Shown piece after piece: positions 23,500 through 39,499 of a DNA stretch of 64,000 nt. A program made the position numbers and the translations under genes. The notes under the pieces were generated by a model that searched no databases, was not told where the DNA came from, and saw only the letters and a list, made by a program, of their open reading frames with translations. Source of the stretch: Lingula anatina (Eukaryota > Animalia > Brachiopoda); contig CM120642.1 of assembly GCA_051362555.1 (NCBI GenBank), positions 21,266,001-21,330,000 on the forward strand. The letters are read 5' to 3'. Position 1 is the first letter of the stretch. Every line of letters begins with the position of its first letter.

Positions 23500-26400
23500 A
23501 TGATGCTTAACAATAACAAAAATCTGTGATAAGCTTAACAGTTGACAGTGTGTGACAGAATTGTAGTTGTTTGACATTTTGTATGCAAAGAGTGAGAATT
23601 ATCTACAATATTTTTTTTTCAATTTCACAACATCTAATTAGACTCACATTAAACATCAAATATTATGATTTGAGTTTGTTTGTGTAAGAGGTGACAAATT
23701 ACCCATAATTGTCCTCTAGAAAAGAATATATACCCATTGAAGACATCTCCTTACTACCAATGCCATATGCAGATTCCTCCTTACAATGGGGTTCTGGAAT
23801 AGGGTTTAGCACACCATTTGACAATGTCCTAAAGCTTGCCATATACCATCTATTGTACACATGGATGAGACATAGCATTGCTCTTGCTGTTGTCTTTTGC
23901 TGTCTGTTTTTTCTATAGGAATTAGCCCTGACCAGACAGGAAGAATCAGTTCACCAAAAAAGCCATCACGCTGTATGGAAAAGGTCACCTGGAAAAAGAA
24001 CAATATGTTTGATAAAAGTGAAAATTAAATTCTAAAAATTGACAAATTTCCCACACTAAAATAGTTGAACAATAATTTTGATAAACTTAACCTAAACAGT
24101 TGACTATGTCTAATAAAAAGCATATTTTCAGAACATAAAAATTTGAGAAATACTGAAAAAGACACTGAAAAGACTACCCAATGCGATGCCTTAAAATAGT
24201 TAAATGTTATTAATTTTCACAAATCTTGTCCAATATTTGTGAAATTTGGACAGATGATGCATAACAATAATAAAAATCTGTGATAAGCTCATCAGTTGAC
24301 TGCGTCTCATGAAAAACATTTTTCAGAGCATATAAATGTGAGAAAACTGAAAATGACATTGAAAAGACTGTAAAATTCCATGGCTTAAAATAGTTAAACG
24401 TTAATAATTTTCACAAATCCTGTCTAATATTTGTGAAATTTGGATAGATGATGCATAACAACAATAAAAATCTGTGATAAGCTCATCAGTTGACTGTGTC
24501 TCATGAAAAAGATTTTTTTTTGGACAATAAATTTGAGAAAACAGAAAATGACATTGAAAAGACTGCAAAATGCGGTGCCTTAGAATAGTTAAACGTTAAT
24601 AATTTTCACAAATCTTGTTCAAGATTTGTGAAATTTAGACAGATGATGCATAACAATAATAAAAATCTGTGATAAGCTCATCAGTTGACTGTGTCTCATG
24701 AAAAACATTTTTCAGAGCATATAAATGTGAGAAATCTGAAAATGACATTGAAAAGACTGCCAAATTCCATTGCTTAAAATAGTTAAACGTTAATAGTTTT
24801 CACAAATCTTGTCTAATATTTGTGAAATTTGGATAGATGATGCATAACAACAATAAAAATCTGTGATAAGCTCATCAGTTGACTGTGTCTCATGAAAAAG
24901 ATTTTTTTTTGGACAATAAATTTGAGAAAACAGAAAATGACATTGAAAAGACTGCAAAATGCGGTGCCTTAGAATAGTTAAACGTTAATAATTTTCACAA
25001 ATCTTGTTCAAGATTTGTGAAATTTAGACAGATGATGCATAACAATAATAAAAATCTGTGATAAGCTCATCAGTTGACTGTGTCTCATGAAAAACATTTT
25101 TCAGAGCATATAAATGTGAGAAATCTGAAAATGACATTGAAAAGACTGCCAAATTCCATTGCTTAAAATAGTTAAACGTTAATAGTTTTCACAAATCTTG
25201 TCTAATATTTGTGAAATTTGGATAGATGATGCATAACAACAATAAAAATCTGTGATAAGCTCATCAGTTGAATGTGTCTTATGAAAAAGAATTTTCAGAG
25301 CATATTAATTTGAGAAAACTGAAAATGACATTGAAAAGACTGTAAAATGTGGTGCCTTAAAATAGTTAATAGTTAATAATTTTCACAAATCTTGTTCATT
25401 ATTTGTGAAATTTGGATAGATGATGCATAACAATAATAAAAATCTGTGATAAGCTCATGAGTTGAATGTGTCTCATGAAAAAGAATTTTCAGAGCAAATA
25501 AATGTGAAAAAACTGAAAATGACATTACAAAGACTGCAAAATTCCATGGCTTAAAATAGTTAAACGTTAATAATTTTCACAAATCTTGTCTAACATTTGT
25601 GAAATTTGGAGAGAGGATGCTTAACAATAACAAAAATCTGTGATAAGCTTAACAGTTGACAGTGTGTGATAGAATTGTAGTTGTTTGACATTTTGTATGC
25701 AAAGAGTGAGAATTATCTACAATATTTTTTTTTCAATTTCATTTTTTTTTTCATTTTTTTAAAAATATTTTTGAAATTTGGAAAGATAGTGCGTAACAAT
25801 AATAAAAATCTGTGATAAGCTCATCAGTTGACTGTGTCTCACGAAAAAGAATTTTCAGAGCATATAAATGTGAAAAAACTAAAAATGACATTGCAAAGAC
25901 TGCAAACTTCCATGGCTTAAAATAGTTAAACGTTAATAATTTTCACAAAACTTGTTCAATATTTGTGAAATTTGGAGAGATGATGCCTAACAATAACAAA
26001 AATCTGTGATAAGCTTAACAGTTGACAGTGTGTGACAGAATTGTAGTTGTTTGACACTTTGTATGCAAAGAGTAGGAATTATCTACAATTTTTTTTTTCA
26101 ATTTCACAACATCTAATTAGACTCACATTAAACATCAAATATTATGATTTGAGTTTGTTTGTGTAAGAGGTGACAAATTACTCATAATTGTCCTCTAGAA
26201 AAGAATATATACCCATTGAAGACATCTCCTTACTACCAATGCCATATGCAGATTCCTCCTTACAATCGGGTTCTGGAATAGGGTTTAGCACACCATTTGA
26301 CAATGTCCTAAAGCTTGCCATATACCATCTATTGTACACATGGATGAGACATAGCATTGCTCTTGCTGTTGTCTTTTGCTGTCTGTTTTTTCTATAGTAA

Positions 26401-29400
26401 TTAGCCCTGACCAGACAGGAAGAATCAGTTCACCAAAAAAGCCATCACGCTGTATGGAAAAGGTCACCTGGAAAAAGAACAATATGTTTGATAAAAGTGA
26501 AAATTAAATTCTAAAAATTGACAAATTGCCCACACTAAAATAGTTGAACAATAATTTTGATAAACTTAACCTAAACAGTTGACTATGTCTAATAAAAAGG
26601 ATATTTTCAGAACACATAAATTTGAGAAATACTGAAAATGACATTGAAAAGACTGCCAAATTCCATGGTTGAAAATAGTTAAACGTTAATAATTTTCACA
26701 AATCTTGTCTAATATTTGTGAAATTTCGAGAGATGATGCATAAAAACAATAAAAATCTGTGATAAGCTCATCAGTTGACTGTGTCTCACAAAAAAGAATT
26801 TTCAGAGCATATAAATGTGAAAAAACTAAAAATGACATTGCAAAGACTGCAAACTTCCATGGCTTAAAATAGTTAAACGTTAATAATTTTCACAAAACTT
26901 GTTCAATATTTGTGAAATTTGGAGAGATGATGCTTAACAATAACAAAAATCTGTGATAAGCTTAACAGTTGACAGTGTGTGACAGAATTGTAGTTGTTTG
27001 ACATTTTGTATGCAAAGAGTGAGAATTATCTACAATATTTTTTTTTCAATTTCACAACATCTAATTAGACTCACATTAAACATCAAATATTATGATTTGA
27101 GTTTGTTTGTGTAAGAGGTGACAAATTACCCATAATTGTCCTCTAGAAAAGAATATATACCCATTGAAGACATCTCCTTACTACCAATGCCATATGCAGA
27201 TTCCTCCTTACAATGGGGTTCTGGAATAGGGTTTAGCACACCATTTGACAATGTCCTAAAGCTTGCCATATACCATCTATTGTACACATGGATGAGACAT
27301 AGCATTGCTCTTGCTGTTGTCTTTTGCTGTCTGTTTTTTCTATAGGAATTAGCCCTGACCAGACAGGAAGAATCAGTTCACCAAAAAAGCCATCACGCTG
27401 TATGGAAAAGGTCACCTGGAAAAAGAACAATATGTTTGATAAAAGTGAAAATTAAATTCTAAAAATTGACAAATTTCCCACACTAAAATAGTTGAACAAT
27501 AATTTTGATAAACTTAACCTAAACAGTTGACTATGTCTAATAAAAAGCATATTTTCAGAACATAAAAATTTGAGAAATACTGAAAAAGACACTGAAAAGA
27601 CTACCCAGTGCGATGCCTTAAAATAGTTAAATGTTATTAATTTTCACAAATCTTGTCCAATATTTGTGAAATTTGGACAGATGATGCATAACAATAATAC
27701 AAATCTGTGATAAGCTCATCAGTTGACTGCGTCTCATGAAAAACATTTTTCAGAGCATATAAATGTGAGAAAACTGAAAATGACATTGAAAAGACTGTAA
27801 AATTCCATGGCTTAAAATAGTTAAACGTTAATAATTTTCACAAATCCTGTCTAATATTTGTGAAATTTGGATAGATGATGCATAACAACAATAAAAATCT
27901 GTGATAAGCTCATCAGTTGACTGTGTCTCATGAAAAAGATTTTTTTTTGGACAATAAATTTGAGAAAACAGAAAATGACATTGAAAAGACTGCAAAATGC
28001 GGTGCCTTAGAATAGTTAAACGTTAATAATTTTCACAAATCTTGTTCAAGATTTGTGAAATTTAGACAGATGATGCATAACAACAATAAAAATCTGTGAT
28101 AAGCTCATCAGTTGACTGTGTCTCATGAAAAACATTTTTCAGAGCATATAAATGTGAGAAATCTGAAAATGACATTGAAAAGACTGCCAAATTCCATTGC
28201 TTAAAATAGTTAAACGTTAATAGTTTTCACAAATCTTGTCTAATATTTGTGAAATTTGGATAGATGATGCATAACAACAATAAAAATCTGTGATAAGCTC
28301 ATCAGTTGACTGTGTCTCATGAAAAAGATTTTTTTTTGGACAATAAATTTGAGAAAACAGAAAATGACATTGAAAAGACTGCAAAATGCGGTGCCTTAGA
28401 ATAGTTAAACGTTAATAATTTTCACAAATCTTGTTCAAGATTTGTGAAATTTAGACAGATGATGCATAACAATAATAAAAATCTGTGATAAGCTCATCAG
28501 TTGACTGTGTCTCATGAAAAACATTTTTCAGAGCATATAAATGTGAGAAATCTGAAAATGACATTGAAAAGACTGCCAAATTCCATTGCTTAAAATAGTT
28601 AAACGTTAATAGTTTTCACAAATCTTGTCTAATATTTGTGAAATTTGGATAGATGATGCATAACAACAATAAAAATCTGTGATAAGCTCATCAGTTGAAT
28701 GTGTCTTATGAAAAAGAATTTTCAGAGCATATTAATTTGAGAAAACTGAAAATGACATTGAAAAGACTGTAAAATGTGGTGCCTTAAAATAGTTAATAGT
28801 TAATAATTTTCACAAATCTTGTTCATTATTTGTGAAATTTGGATAGATGATGCATAACAATAATAAAAATCTGTGATAAGCTCATGAGTTGAATGTGTCT
28901 CATGAAAAAGAATTTTCAGAGCAAATAAATGTGAAAAAACTGAAAATGACATTACAAAGACTGCAAAATTCCATGGCTTAAAATAGTTAAACGTTAATAA
29001 TTTTCACAAATCTTGTCTAACATTTGTGAAATTTGGAGAGAGGATGCTTAACAATAACAAAAATCTGTGATAAGCTTAACAGTTGACAGTGTGTGATAGA
29101 ATTGTAGTTGTTTGACATTTTGTATGCAAAGAGTGAGAATTATCTACAATATTTTTTTTTCAATTTCATTTTTTTTTTTCATTTTTTTAAAAATATTTTT
29201 GAAATTTGGAAAGATAGTGCGTAACAATAATAAAAATCTGTGATAAGCTCATCAGTTGACTGTGTCTCACGAAAAAGAATTTTCAGAGCATATAAATGTG
29301 AAAAAACTAAAAATGACATTGCAAAGACTGCAAACTTCCATGGCTTAAAATAGTTAAACGTTAATAATTTTCACAAAACTTGTTCAATATTTGTGAAATT

Positions 29401-32400
29401 TGGAGAGATGATGCCTAACAATAACAAAAATCTGTGATAAGCTTAACAGTTGACAGTGTGTGACAGAATTGTAGTTGTTTGACACTTTGTATGCAAAGAG
29501 TAGGAATTATCTACAATTTTTTTTTTCAATTTCACAACATCTAATTAGACTCACATTAAACATCAAATATTATGATTTGAGTTTGTTTGTGTAAGAGGTG
29601 ACAAATTACTCATAATTGTCCTCTAGAAAAGAATATATACCCATTGAAGACATCTCCTTACTACCAATGCCATATGCAGATTCCTCCTTACAATCGGGTT
29701 CTGGAATAGGGTTTAGCACACCATTTGACAATGTCCTAAAGCTTGCCATATACCATCTATTGTACACATGGATGAGACATAGCATTGCTCTTGCTGTTGT
29801 CTTTTGCTGTCTGTTTTTTCTATAGTAATTAGCCCTGACCAGACAGGAAGAATCAGTTCACCAAAAAAGCCATCACGCTGTATGGAAAAGGTCACCTGGA
29901 AAAAGAACAATATGTTTGATAAAAGTGAAAATTAAATTCTAAAAATTGACAAATTGCCCACACTAAAATAGTTGAACAATAATTTTGATAAACTTAACCT
30001 AAACAGTTGACTATGTCTAATAAAAAGGATATTTTCAGAACACATAAATTTGAGAAATACTGAAAATGACATTGAAAAGACTGCCAAATTCCATGGTTGA
30101 AAATAGTTAAACGTTAATAATTTTCACAAATCTTGTCTAATATTTGTGAAATTTCGAGAGATGATGCATAACAACAATAAAAATCTGTGATAAGCTCATC
30201 AGTTGACTGCGTCTCATGAAAAACATTTTTCAGAGCATATAAATGTGAGAAAACTGAAAATGACATTGAAAAGACTGTAAAATTCCATGGCTTAAATTAG
30301 TTAAACGTTAATAATTTTCACAAATCTTGTCTAAGATTTGTGAAATTTGGATAGATGATGCATAACAACAATAAAAATCTGTGATAAGCTCATCAGTTGA
30401 CTGTGTCTCATGAAAAAGAATTTTCAGAGCATATAAATGTGAAAAAACTAAAAATGACATTGCAAAGACTGCAAAATTCCATGGCTTAAAATAGTTAAAC
30501 GTTAATAATTTTCACAAATCCTGTCTAATATTTGTGAAATTTGGATAGATGATGCATAACAACAATAAAAATCTGTGATAAGCTCATCAGTTGACTGTGT
30601 CTCATGAAAAAGATTTTTTTTTGGACAATAAATTTGAGAAAACAGAAAATGACATTGAAAAGACTGCAAAATGCGGTGCCTTAGAATAGTTAAACGTTAA
30701 TAATTTTCACAAATCTTGTTCAAGATTTGTGAAATTTAGACAGATGATGCATAACAATAATAAAAATCTGTGATAAGCTCATCAGTTGACTGTGTCTCAT
30801 GAAAAACATTTTTCAGAGCATATAAATGTGAGAAATCTGAAAATGACATTGAAAAGACTGCCAAATTCCATTGCTTAAAATAGTTAAACGTTAATAGTTT
30901 TCACAAATCTTGTCTAATATTTGTGAAATTTGGATAGATGATGCATAAAAACAATAAAAATCTGTGATAAGCTCATCAGTTGACTGTGTCTCACGAAAAA
31001 GAATTTTCAGAGCATATAAATGTGAAAAAACTAAAAATGACATTGCAAAGACTGCAAACTTCCATGGCTTAAAATAGTTAAACGTTAATAATTTTCACAA
31101 AACTTGTTCAATATTTGTGAAATTTGGAGAGATGATGCTTAACAATAACAAAAATCTGTGATAAGCTTAACAGTTGACAGTGTGTGACAGAATTGTAGTT
31201 GTTTGACATTTTGTATGCAAAGAGTGAGAATTATCTACAATATTTTTTTTTCAATTTCACAACATCTAATTAGACTCACATTAAACATCAAATATTATGA
31301 TTTGAGTTTGTTTGTGTAAGAGGTGACAAATTACCCATAATTGTCCTCTAGAAAAGAATATATACCCATTGAAGACATCTCCTTACTACCAATGCCATAT
31401 GCAGATTCCTCCTTACAATGGGGTTCTGGAATAGGGTTTAGCACACCATTTGACAATGTCCTAAAGCTTGCCATATACCATCTATTGTACACATGGATGA
31501 GACATAGCATTGCTCTTGCTGTTGTCTTTTGCTGTCTGTTTTTTCTATAGGAATTAGCCCTGACCAGACAGGAAGAATCAGTTCACCAAAAAAGCCATCA
31601 CGCTGTATGGAAAAGGTCACCTGGAAAAAGAACAATATGTTTGATAAAAGTGAAAATTAAATTCTAAAAATTGACAAATTGCCCACACTAAAATAGTTGA
31701 ACAATAATTTTGATAAACTTAACCTAAACAGTTGACTATGTCTAATAAAAAGGATATTTTCAGAACACATAAATTTGAGAAATACTGAAAATGACATTGA
31801 AAAGACTGCCAAATTCCATGGTTGAAAATAGTTAAACGTTAATAATTTTCACAAATCTTGTCTAATATTTGTGAAATTTCGAGAGATGATGCATAACAAC
31901 AATAAAAATCTGTGATAAGCTCATCAGTTGACTGCGTCTCATGAAAAACATTTTTCAGAGCATATAAATGTGAGAAAACTGAAAATGACATTGAAAAGAC
32001 TGTAAAATTCCATGGCTTAAATTAGTTAAACGTTAATAATTTTCACAAATCTTGTCTAAGATTTGTGAAATTTGGATAGATGATGCATAACAACAATAAA
32101 AATCTGTGATAAGCTCATCAGTTGACTGTGTCTCATGAAAAAGAATTTTCAGAGCATATAAATGTGAAAAAACTAAAAATGACATTGCAAAGACTGCAAA
32201 ATTCCATGGCTTAAAATAGTTAAACGTTAATAATTTTCACAAATCCTGTCTAATATTTGTGAAATTTGGATAGATGATGCATAACAACAATAAAAATCTG
32301 TGATAAGCTCATCAGTTGACTGTGTCTCATGAAAAAGATTTTTTTTTGGACAATAAATTTGAGAAAACAGAAAATGACATTGAAAAGACTGCAAAATGCG

Positions 32401-35400
32401 GTGCCTTAGAATAGTTAAACGTTAATAATTTTCACAAATCTTGTTCAAGATTTGTGAAATTTAGACAGATGATGCATAACAATAATAAAAATCTGTGATA
32501 AGCTCATCAGTTGACTGTGTCTCATGAAAAACATTTTTCAGAGCATATAAATGTGAGAAATCTGAAAATGACATTGAAAAGACTGCCAAATTCCATTGCT
32601 TAAAATAGTTAAACGTTAATAGTTTTCACAAATCTTGTCTAATATTTGTGAAATTTGGATAGATGATGCATAAAAACAATAAAAATCTGTGATAAGCTCA
32701 TCAGTTGACTGTGTCTCACGAAAAAGAATTTTCAGAGCATATAAATGTGAAAAAACTAAAAATGACATTGCAAAGACTGCAAACTTCCATGGCTTAAAAT
32801 AGTTAAACGTTAATAATTTTCACAAAACTTGTTCAATATTTGTGAAATTTGGAGAGATGATGCTTAACAATAACAAAAATCTGTGATAAGCTTAACAGTT
32901 GACAGTGTGTGACAGAATTGTAGTTGTTTGACATTTTGTATGCAAAGAGTGAGAATTATCTACAATATTTTTTTTTCAATTTCACAACATCTAATTAGAC
33001 TCACATTAAACATCAAATATTATGATTTGAGTTTGTTTGTGTAAGAGGTGACAAATTACCCATAATTGTCCTCTAGAAAAGAATATATACCCATTGAAGA
33101 CATCTCCTTACTACCAATGCCATATGCAGATTCCTCCTTACAATGGGGTTCTGGAATAGGGTTTAGCACACCATTTGACAATGTCCTAAAGCTTGCCATA
33201 TACCATCTATTGTACACATGGATGAGACATAGCATTGCTCTTGCTGTTGTCTTTTGCTGTCTGTTTTTTCTATAGGAATTAGCCCTGACCAGACAGGAAG
33301 AATCAGTTCACCAAAAAAGCCATCACGCTGTATGGAAAAGGTCACCTGGAAAAAGAACAATATGTTTGATAAAAGTGAAAATTAAATTCTAAAAATTGAC
33401 AAATTTCCCACACTAAAATAGTTGAACAATAATTTTGATAAACTTAACCTAAACAGTTGACTATGTCTAATAAAAAGCATATTTTCAGAACATAAAAATT
33501 TGAGAAATACTGAAAAAGACACTGAAAAGACTACCCAATGCGATGCCTTAAAATAGTTAAATGTTATTAATTTTCACAAATCTTGTCCAATATTTGTGAA
33601 ATTTGGACAGATGATGCATAACAATAATACAAATCTGTGATAAGCTCATCAGTTGACTGCGTCTCATGAAAAACATTTTTCAGAGCATATAAATGTGAGA
33701 AAACTGAAAATGACATTGAAAAGACTGTAAAATTCCATGGCTTAAATTAGTTAAACGTTAATAATTTTCACAAATCCTGTCTAATATTTGTGAAATTTGG
33801 ATAGATGATGCATAACAACAATAAAAATCTGTGATAAGCTCATCAGTTGACTGTGTCTCATGAAAAAGATTTTTTTTTGGACAATAAATTTGAGAAAACA
33901 GAAAATGACATTGAAAAGACTGCAAAATGCGGTGCCTTAGAATAGTTAAACGTTAATAATTTTCACAAATCTTGTTCAAGATTTGTGAAATTTAGACAGA
34001 TGATGCATAACAATAATAAAAATCTGTGATAAGCTCATCAGTTGACTGTGTCTCATGAAAAACATTTTTCAGAGCATATAAATGTGAGAAATCTGAAAAT
34101 GACATTGAAAAGACTGCCAAATTCCATTGCTTAAAATAGTTAAACGTTAATAGTTTTCACAAATCTTGTCTAATATTTGTGAAATTTGGATAGATGATGC
34201 ATAACAACAATAAAAATCTGTGATAAGCTCATCAGTTGACTGTGTCTCATGAAAAAGATTTTTTTTTGGACAATAAATTTGAGAAAACAGAAAATGACAT
34301 TGAAAAGACTGCAAAATGCGGTGCCTTAGAATAGTTAAACGTTAATAATTTTCACAAATCTTGTTCAAGATTTGTGAAATTTAGACAGATGATGCATAAC
34401 AATAATAAAAATCTGTGATAAGCTCATCAGTTGACTGTGTCTCATGAAAAACATTTTTCAGAGCATATAAATGTGAGAAATCTGAAAATGACATTGAAAA
34501 GACTGCCAAATTCCATTGCTTAAAATAGTTAAACGTTAATAGTTTTCACAAATCTTGTCTAATATTTGTGAAATTTGGATAGATGATGCATAACAACAAT
34601 AAAAATCTGTGATAAGCTCATCAGTTGAATGTGTCTTATGAAAAAGAATTTTCAGAGCATATTAATTTGAGAAAACTGAAAATGACATTGAAAAGACTGT
34701 AAAATGTGGTGCCTTAAAATAGTTAATAGTTAATAATTTTCACAAATCTTGTTCATTATTTGTGAAATTTGGATAGATGATGCATAACAATAATAAAAAT
34801 CTGTGATAAGCTCATGAGTTGAATGTGTCTCATGAAAAAGAATTTTCAGAGCAAATAAATGTGAAAAAACTGAAAATGACATTACAAAGACTGCAAAATT
34901 CCATGGCTTAAAATAGTTAAACGTTAATAATTTTCACAAATCTTGTCTAACATTTGTGAAATTTGGAGAGAGGATGCTTAACAATAACAAAAATCTGTGA
35001 TAAGCTTAACAGTTGACAGTGTGTGATAGAATTGTAGTTGTTTGACATTTTGTATGCAAAGAGTGAGAATTATCTACAATATTTTTTTTTCAATTTCATT
35101 TTTTTTTTTCATTTTTTTAAAAATATTTTTGAAATTTGGAAAGATAGTGCGTAACAATAATAAAAATCTGTGATAAGCTCATCAGTTGACTGTGTCTCAC
35201 GAAAAAGAATTTTCAGAGCATATAAATGTGAAAAAACTAAAAATGACATTGCAAAGACTGCAAACTTCCATGGCTTAAAATAGTTAAACGTTAATAATTT
35301 TCACAAAACTTGTTCAATATTTGTGAAATTTGGAGAGATGATGCCTAACAATAACAAAAATCTGTGATAAGCTTAACAGTTGACAGTGTGTGACAGAATT

Positions 35401-37300
35401 GTAGTTGTTTGACACTTTGTATGCAAAGAGTAGGAATTATCTACAATTTTTTTTTTTCAATTTCACAACATCTAATTAGACTCACATTAAACATCAAATA
35501 TTATGATTTGAGTTTGTTTGTGTAAGAGGTGACAAATTACTCATAATTGTCCTCTAGAAAAGAATATATACCCATTGAAGACATCTCCTTACTACCAATG
35601 CCATATGCAGATTCCTCCTTACAATCGGGTTCTGGAATAGGGTTTAGCACACCATTTGACAATGTCCTAAAGCTTGCCATATACCATCTATTGTACACAT
35701 GGATGAGACATAGCATTGCTCTTGCTGTTGTCTTTTGCTGTCTGTTTTTTCTATAGTAATTAGCCCTGACCAGACAGGAAGAATCAGTTCACCAAAAAAG
35801 CCATCACGCTGTATGGAAAAGGTCACCTGGAAAAAGAACAATATGTTTGATAAAAGTGAAAATTAAATTCTAAAAATTGACAAATTGCCCACACTAAAAT
35901 AGTTGAACAATAATTTTGATAAACTTAACCTAAACAGTTGACTATGTCTAATAAAAAGGATATTTTCAGAACACATAAATTTGAGAAATACTGAAAATGA
36001 CATTGAAAAGACTGCCAAATTCCATGGTTGAAAATAGTTAAACGTTAATAATTTTCACAAATCTTGTCTAATATTTGTGAAATTTCGAGAGATGATGCAT
36101 AACAACAATAAAAATCTGTGATAAGCTCATCAGTTGACTGCGTCTCATGAAAAACATTTTTCAGAGCATATAAATGTGAGAAAACTGAAAATGACATTGA
36201 AAAGACTGTAAAATTCCATGGCTTAAATTAGTTAAACGTTAATAATTTTCACAAATCTTGTCTAAGATTTGTGAAATTTGGATAGATGATGCATAACAAC
36301 AATAAAAATCTGTGATAAGCTCATCAGTTGACTGTGTCTCATGAAAAAGAATTTTCAGAGCATATAAATGTGAAAAAACTAAAAATGACATTGCAAAGAC
36401 TGCAAAATTCCATGGCTTAAAATAGTTAAACGTTAATAATTTTCACAAATCCTGTCTAATATTTGTGAAATTTGGATAGATGATGCATAACAACAATAAA
36501 AATCTGTGATAAGCTCATCAGTTGACTGTGTCTCATGAAAAAGATTTTTTTTTGGACAATAAATTTGAGAAAACAGAAAATGACATTGAAAAGACTGCAA
36601 AATGCGGTGCCTTAGAATAGTTAAACGTTAATAATTTTCACAAATCTTGTTCAAGATTTGTGAAATTTAGACAGATGATGCATAACAATAATAAAAATCT
36701 GTGATAAGCTCATCAGTTGACTGTGTCTCATGAAAAACATTTTTCAGAGCATATAAATGTGAGAAATCTGAAAATGACATTGAAAAGACTGCAAAATGCG
36801 GTGCCTTAAAATAGTTAAACGTTAATAATTTTCACAAATCTTGTCTAATATTTGTGAAATTTGGATAGATGATGCATAAAAACAATAAAAATCTGTGATA
36901 AGCTCATCAGTTGACTGTGTCTCACGAAAAAGAATTTTCAGAGCATATAAATGTGAAAAAACTAAAAATGACATTGCAAAGACTGCAAACTTCCATGGCT
37001 TAAAATAGTTAAACGTTAATAATTTTCACAAAACTTGTTCAATATTTGTGAAATTTGGAGAGATGATGCTTAACAATAACAAAAATCTGTGATAAGCTTA
37101 ACAGTTGACAGTGTGTGACAGAATTGTAGTTGTTTGACATTTTGTATGCAAAGAGTGAGAATTATCTACAATATTTTTTTTTCAATTTCACAACATCTAA
37201 TTAGACTCACATTAAACATCAAATATTATGATTTGAGTTTGTTTGTGTAAGAGGTGACAAATTACCCATAATTGTCCTCTAGAAAAGAATATATACCCAT
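23500..37300. repeat. Higher-order repeat domain built from 2480-, 948- and 1725-bp units
   Basis: Cassette ORF starts 23709, 26188, 27136, 29616, 31341, 33066, 35547, 37272 give spacings 2479, 948, 2480, 1725, 1725, 2481, 1725, with shared diagnostic variants (e.g. GACTACCCARTGCGATG, GAAAGATAGTGCGT). Confidence 0.9.
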
Positions 37301-39499
37301 TGAAGACATCTCCTTACTACCAATGCCATATGCAGATTCCTCCTTACAATGGGGTTCTGGAATAGGGTTTAGCACACCATTTGACAATGTCCTAAAGCTT
37401 GCCATATACCATCTATTGTACACATGGATGAGACATAGCATTGCTCTTGCTGTTGTCTTTTGCTGTCTGTTTTTTCTATAGGAATTAGCACTGACCAGAC
37501 AGGAAGAATCAGTTCACCAAAAAAGCCATCACGCTGTATGGAAAAGGTCACCTGGAAAAAGAACAATATGTTTGATAAAAGTGAAAATTAAATTCTAAAA
37601 ATTGACAAATTTCCCACACTAAAATAGTTGAACAATAATTTTGATAAACTTAACCTAAACAGTTGACTATGTCTAATAAAAAGCATATTTTCAGAACATA
37701 AAAATTTGAGAAATACTGAAAATGACACTGAAAAGACTGCAAAATGCGGTGCCTTAAAATAGTTAAATGTTATTAATTTTCACAAATCTTGTCCAATATT
37801 TGTGAAATTTGGACAGATGATGCATAACAATAATAAAAATCTGTGATAAGCTCATCAGTTGACTGTGTCTCATGAAAAACATTTTTCAGAGCATATAAAT
37901 GTGAGAAAACTGAAAATGACATTGAAAAGACTGCCAAATTCCATGGTTGAAAATAGTTAAATGTTAATAATTTTCACAAATCTTGTCCAATATTTGTGAA
38001 ATTTGGACAGATGATGCATAACAATAATAAAAATCTGTGATAAGCTCATCAGTTGACTGTGTCTCATGAAAAACATTTTTCAGAGCATATAAATGTGAGA
38101 AAACTGAAAATGACATTGAAAAGACTGCCAAATTCCATGGCTTAAAATAGTTAAACGTTAATATTTTTCACAAAACTTGTTCAATATTTGTGAAATTTGG
38201 AGAGATGATGCTTAACAATAACAAAAATCTGTGATAAGCTTAACAGTTGACAGTGTGTGACAGAATTGTAGTTGTTTGACACTTTGTATGCAAAGAGTGA
38301 GAATTATCTACAATATTTTTTTTTCAATTTCACAACATCTAATTAGACTCACATTAAACATCAAATATTATGATTTGAGTTTGTTTGTGTAAGAGGTGAC
38401 AAATTACCCATAATTGTCCTCTAGAAAAGAATATATACCCATTGAAGACATCTCCTTACTACCAATGCCATATGCAGATTCCTCCTTACAATGGGGTTCT
38501 GGAATAGGGTTTAGCACACCATTTGACAATGTCCTAAAGCTTGCCATATACCATCTATTGTACACATGGATGAGACATAGCATTGCTCTTGCTGTTGTCT
38601 TTTGCTGTCTGTTTTTTCTATAGGAATTAGCACTGACCAGACAGGAAGAATCAGTTCACCAAAAAAGCCATCACGCTGTATGGAAAAGGTCACCTGGAAA
38701 AAGAACAATATGTTTGATAAAAGTGAAAATTAAATTCTAAAAATTGACAAATTTCCCACACTAAAATAGTTGAACAATAATTTTGATAAACTTAACCTAA
38801 ACAGTTGACTATGTCTAATAAAAAGCATATTTTCAGAACATAAAAATTTGAGAAATACTGAAAATGACACTGAAAAGACTGCAAAATGCGGTGCCTTAAA
38901 ATAGTTAAATGTTATTAATTTTCACAAATCTTGTCCAATATTTGTGAAATTTGGACAGATGATGCATAACAATAATAAAAATCTGTGATAAGCTCATCAG
39001 TTGACTGTGTCTCATGAAAAACATTTTTCAGAGCATATAAATGTGAGAAAACTGAAAATGACATTGAAAAGACTGCCAAATTCCATGGTTGAAAATAGTT
39101 AAATGTTAATAATTTTCACAAATCTTGTCCAATATTTGTGAAATTTGGACAGATGATGCATAACAATAATAAAAATCTGTGATAAGCTCATCAGTTGACT
39201 GTGTCTCATGAAAAACATTTTTCAGAGCATATAAATGTGAGAAAACTGAAAATGACATTGAAAAGACTGCCAAATTCCATGGCTTAAAATAGTTAAACGT
39301 TAATATTTTTCACAAAACTTGTTCAATATTTGTGAAATTTGGAGAGATGATGCTTAACAATAACAAAAATCTGTGATAAGCTTAACAGTTGACAGTGTGT
39401 GACAGAATTGTAGTTGTTTGACACTTTGTATGCAAAGAGTGAGAATTATCTACAATATTTTTTTTTCAATTTCACAACATCTAATTAGACTCACATTTA

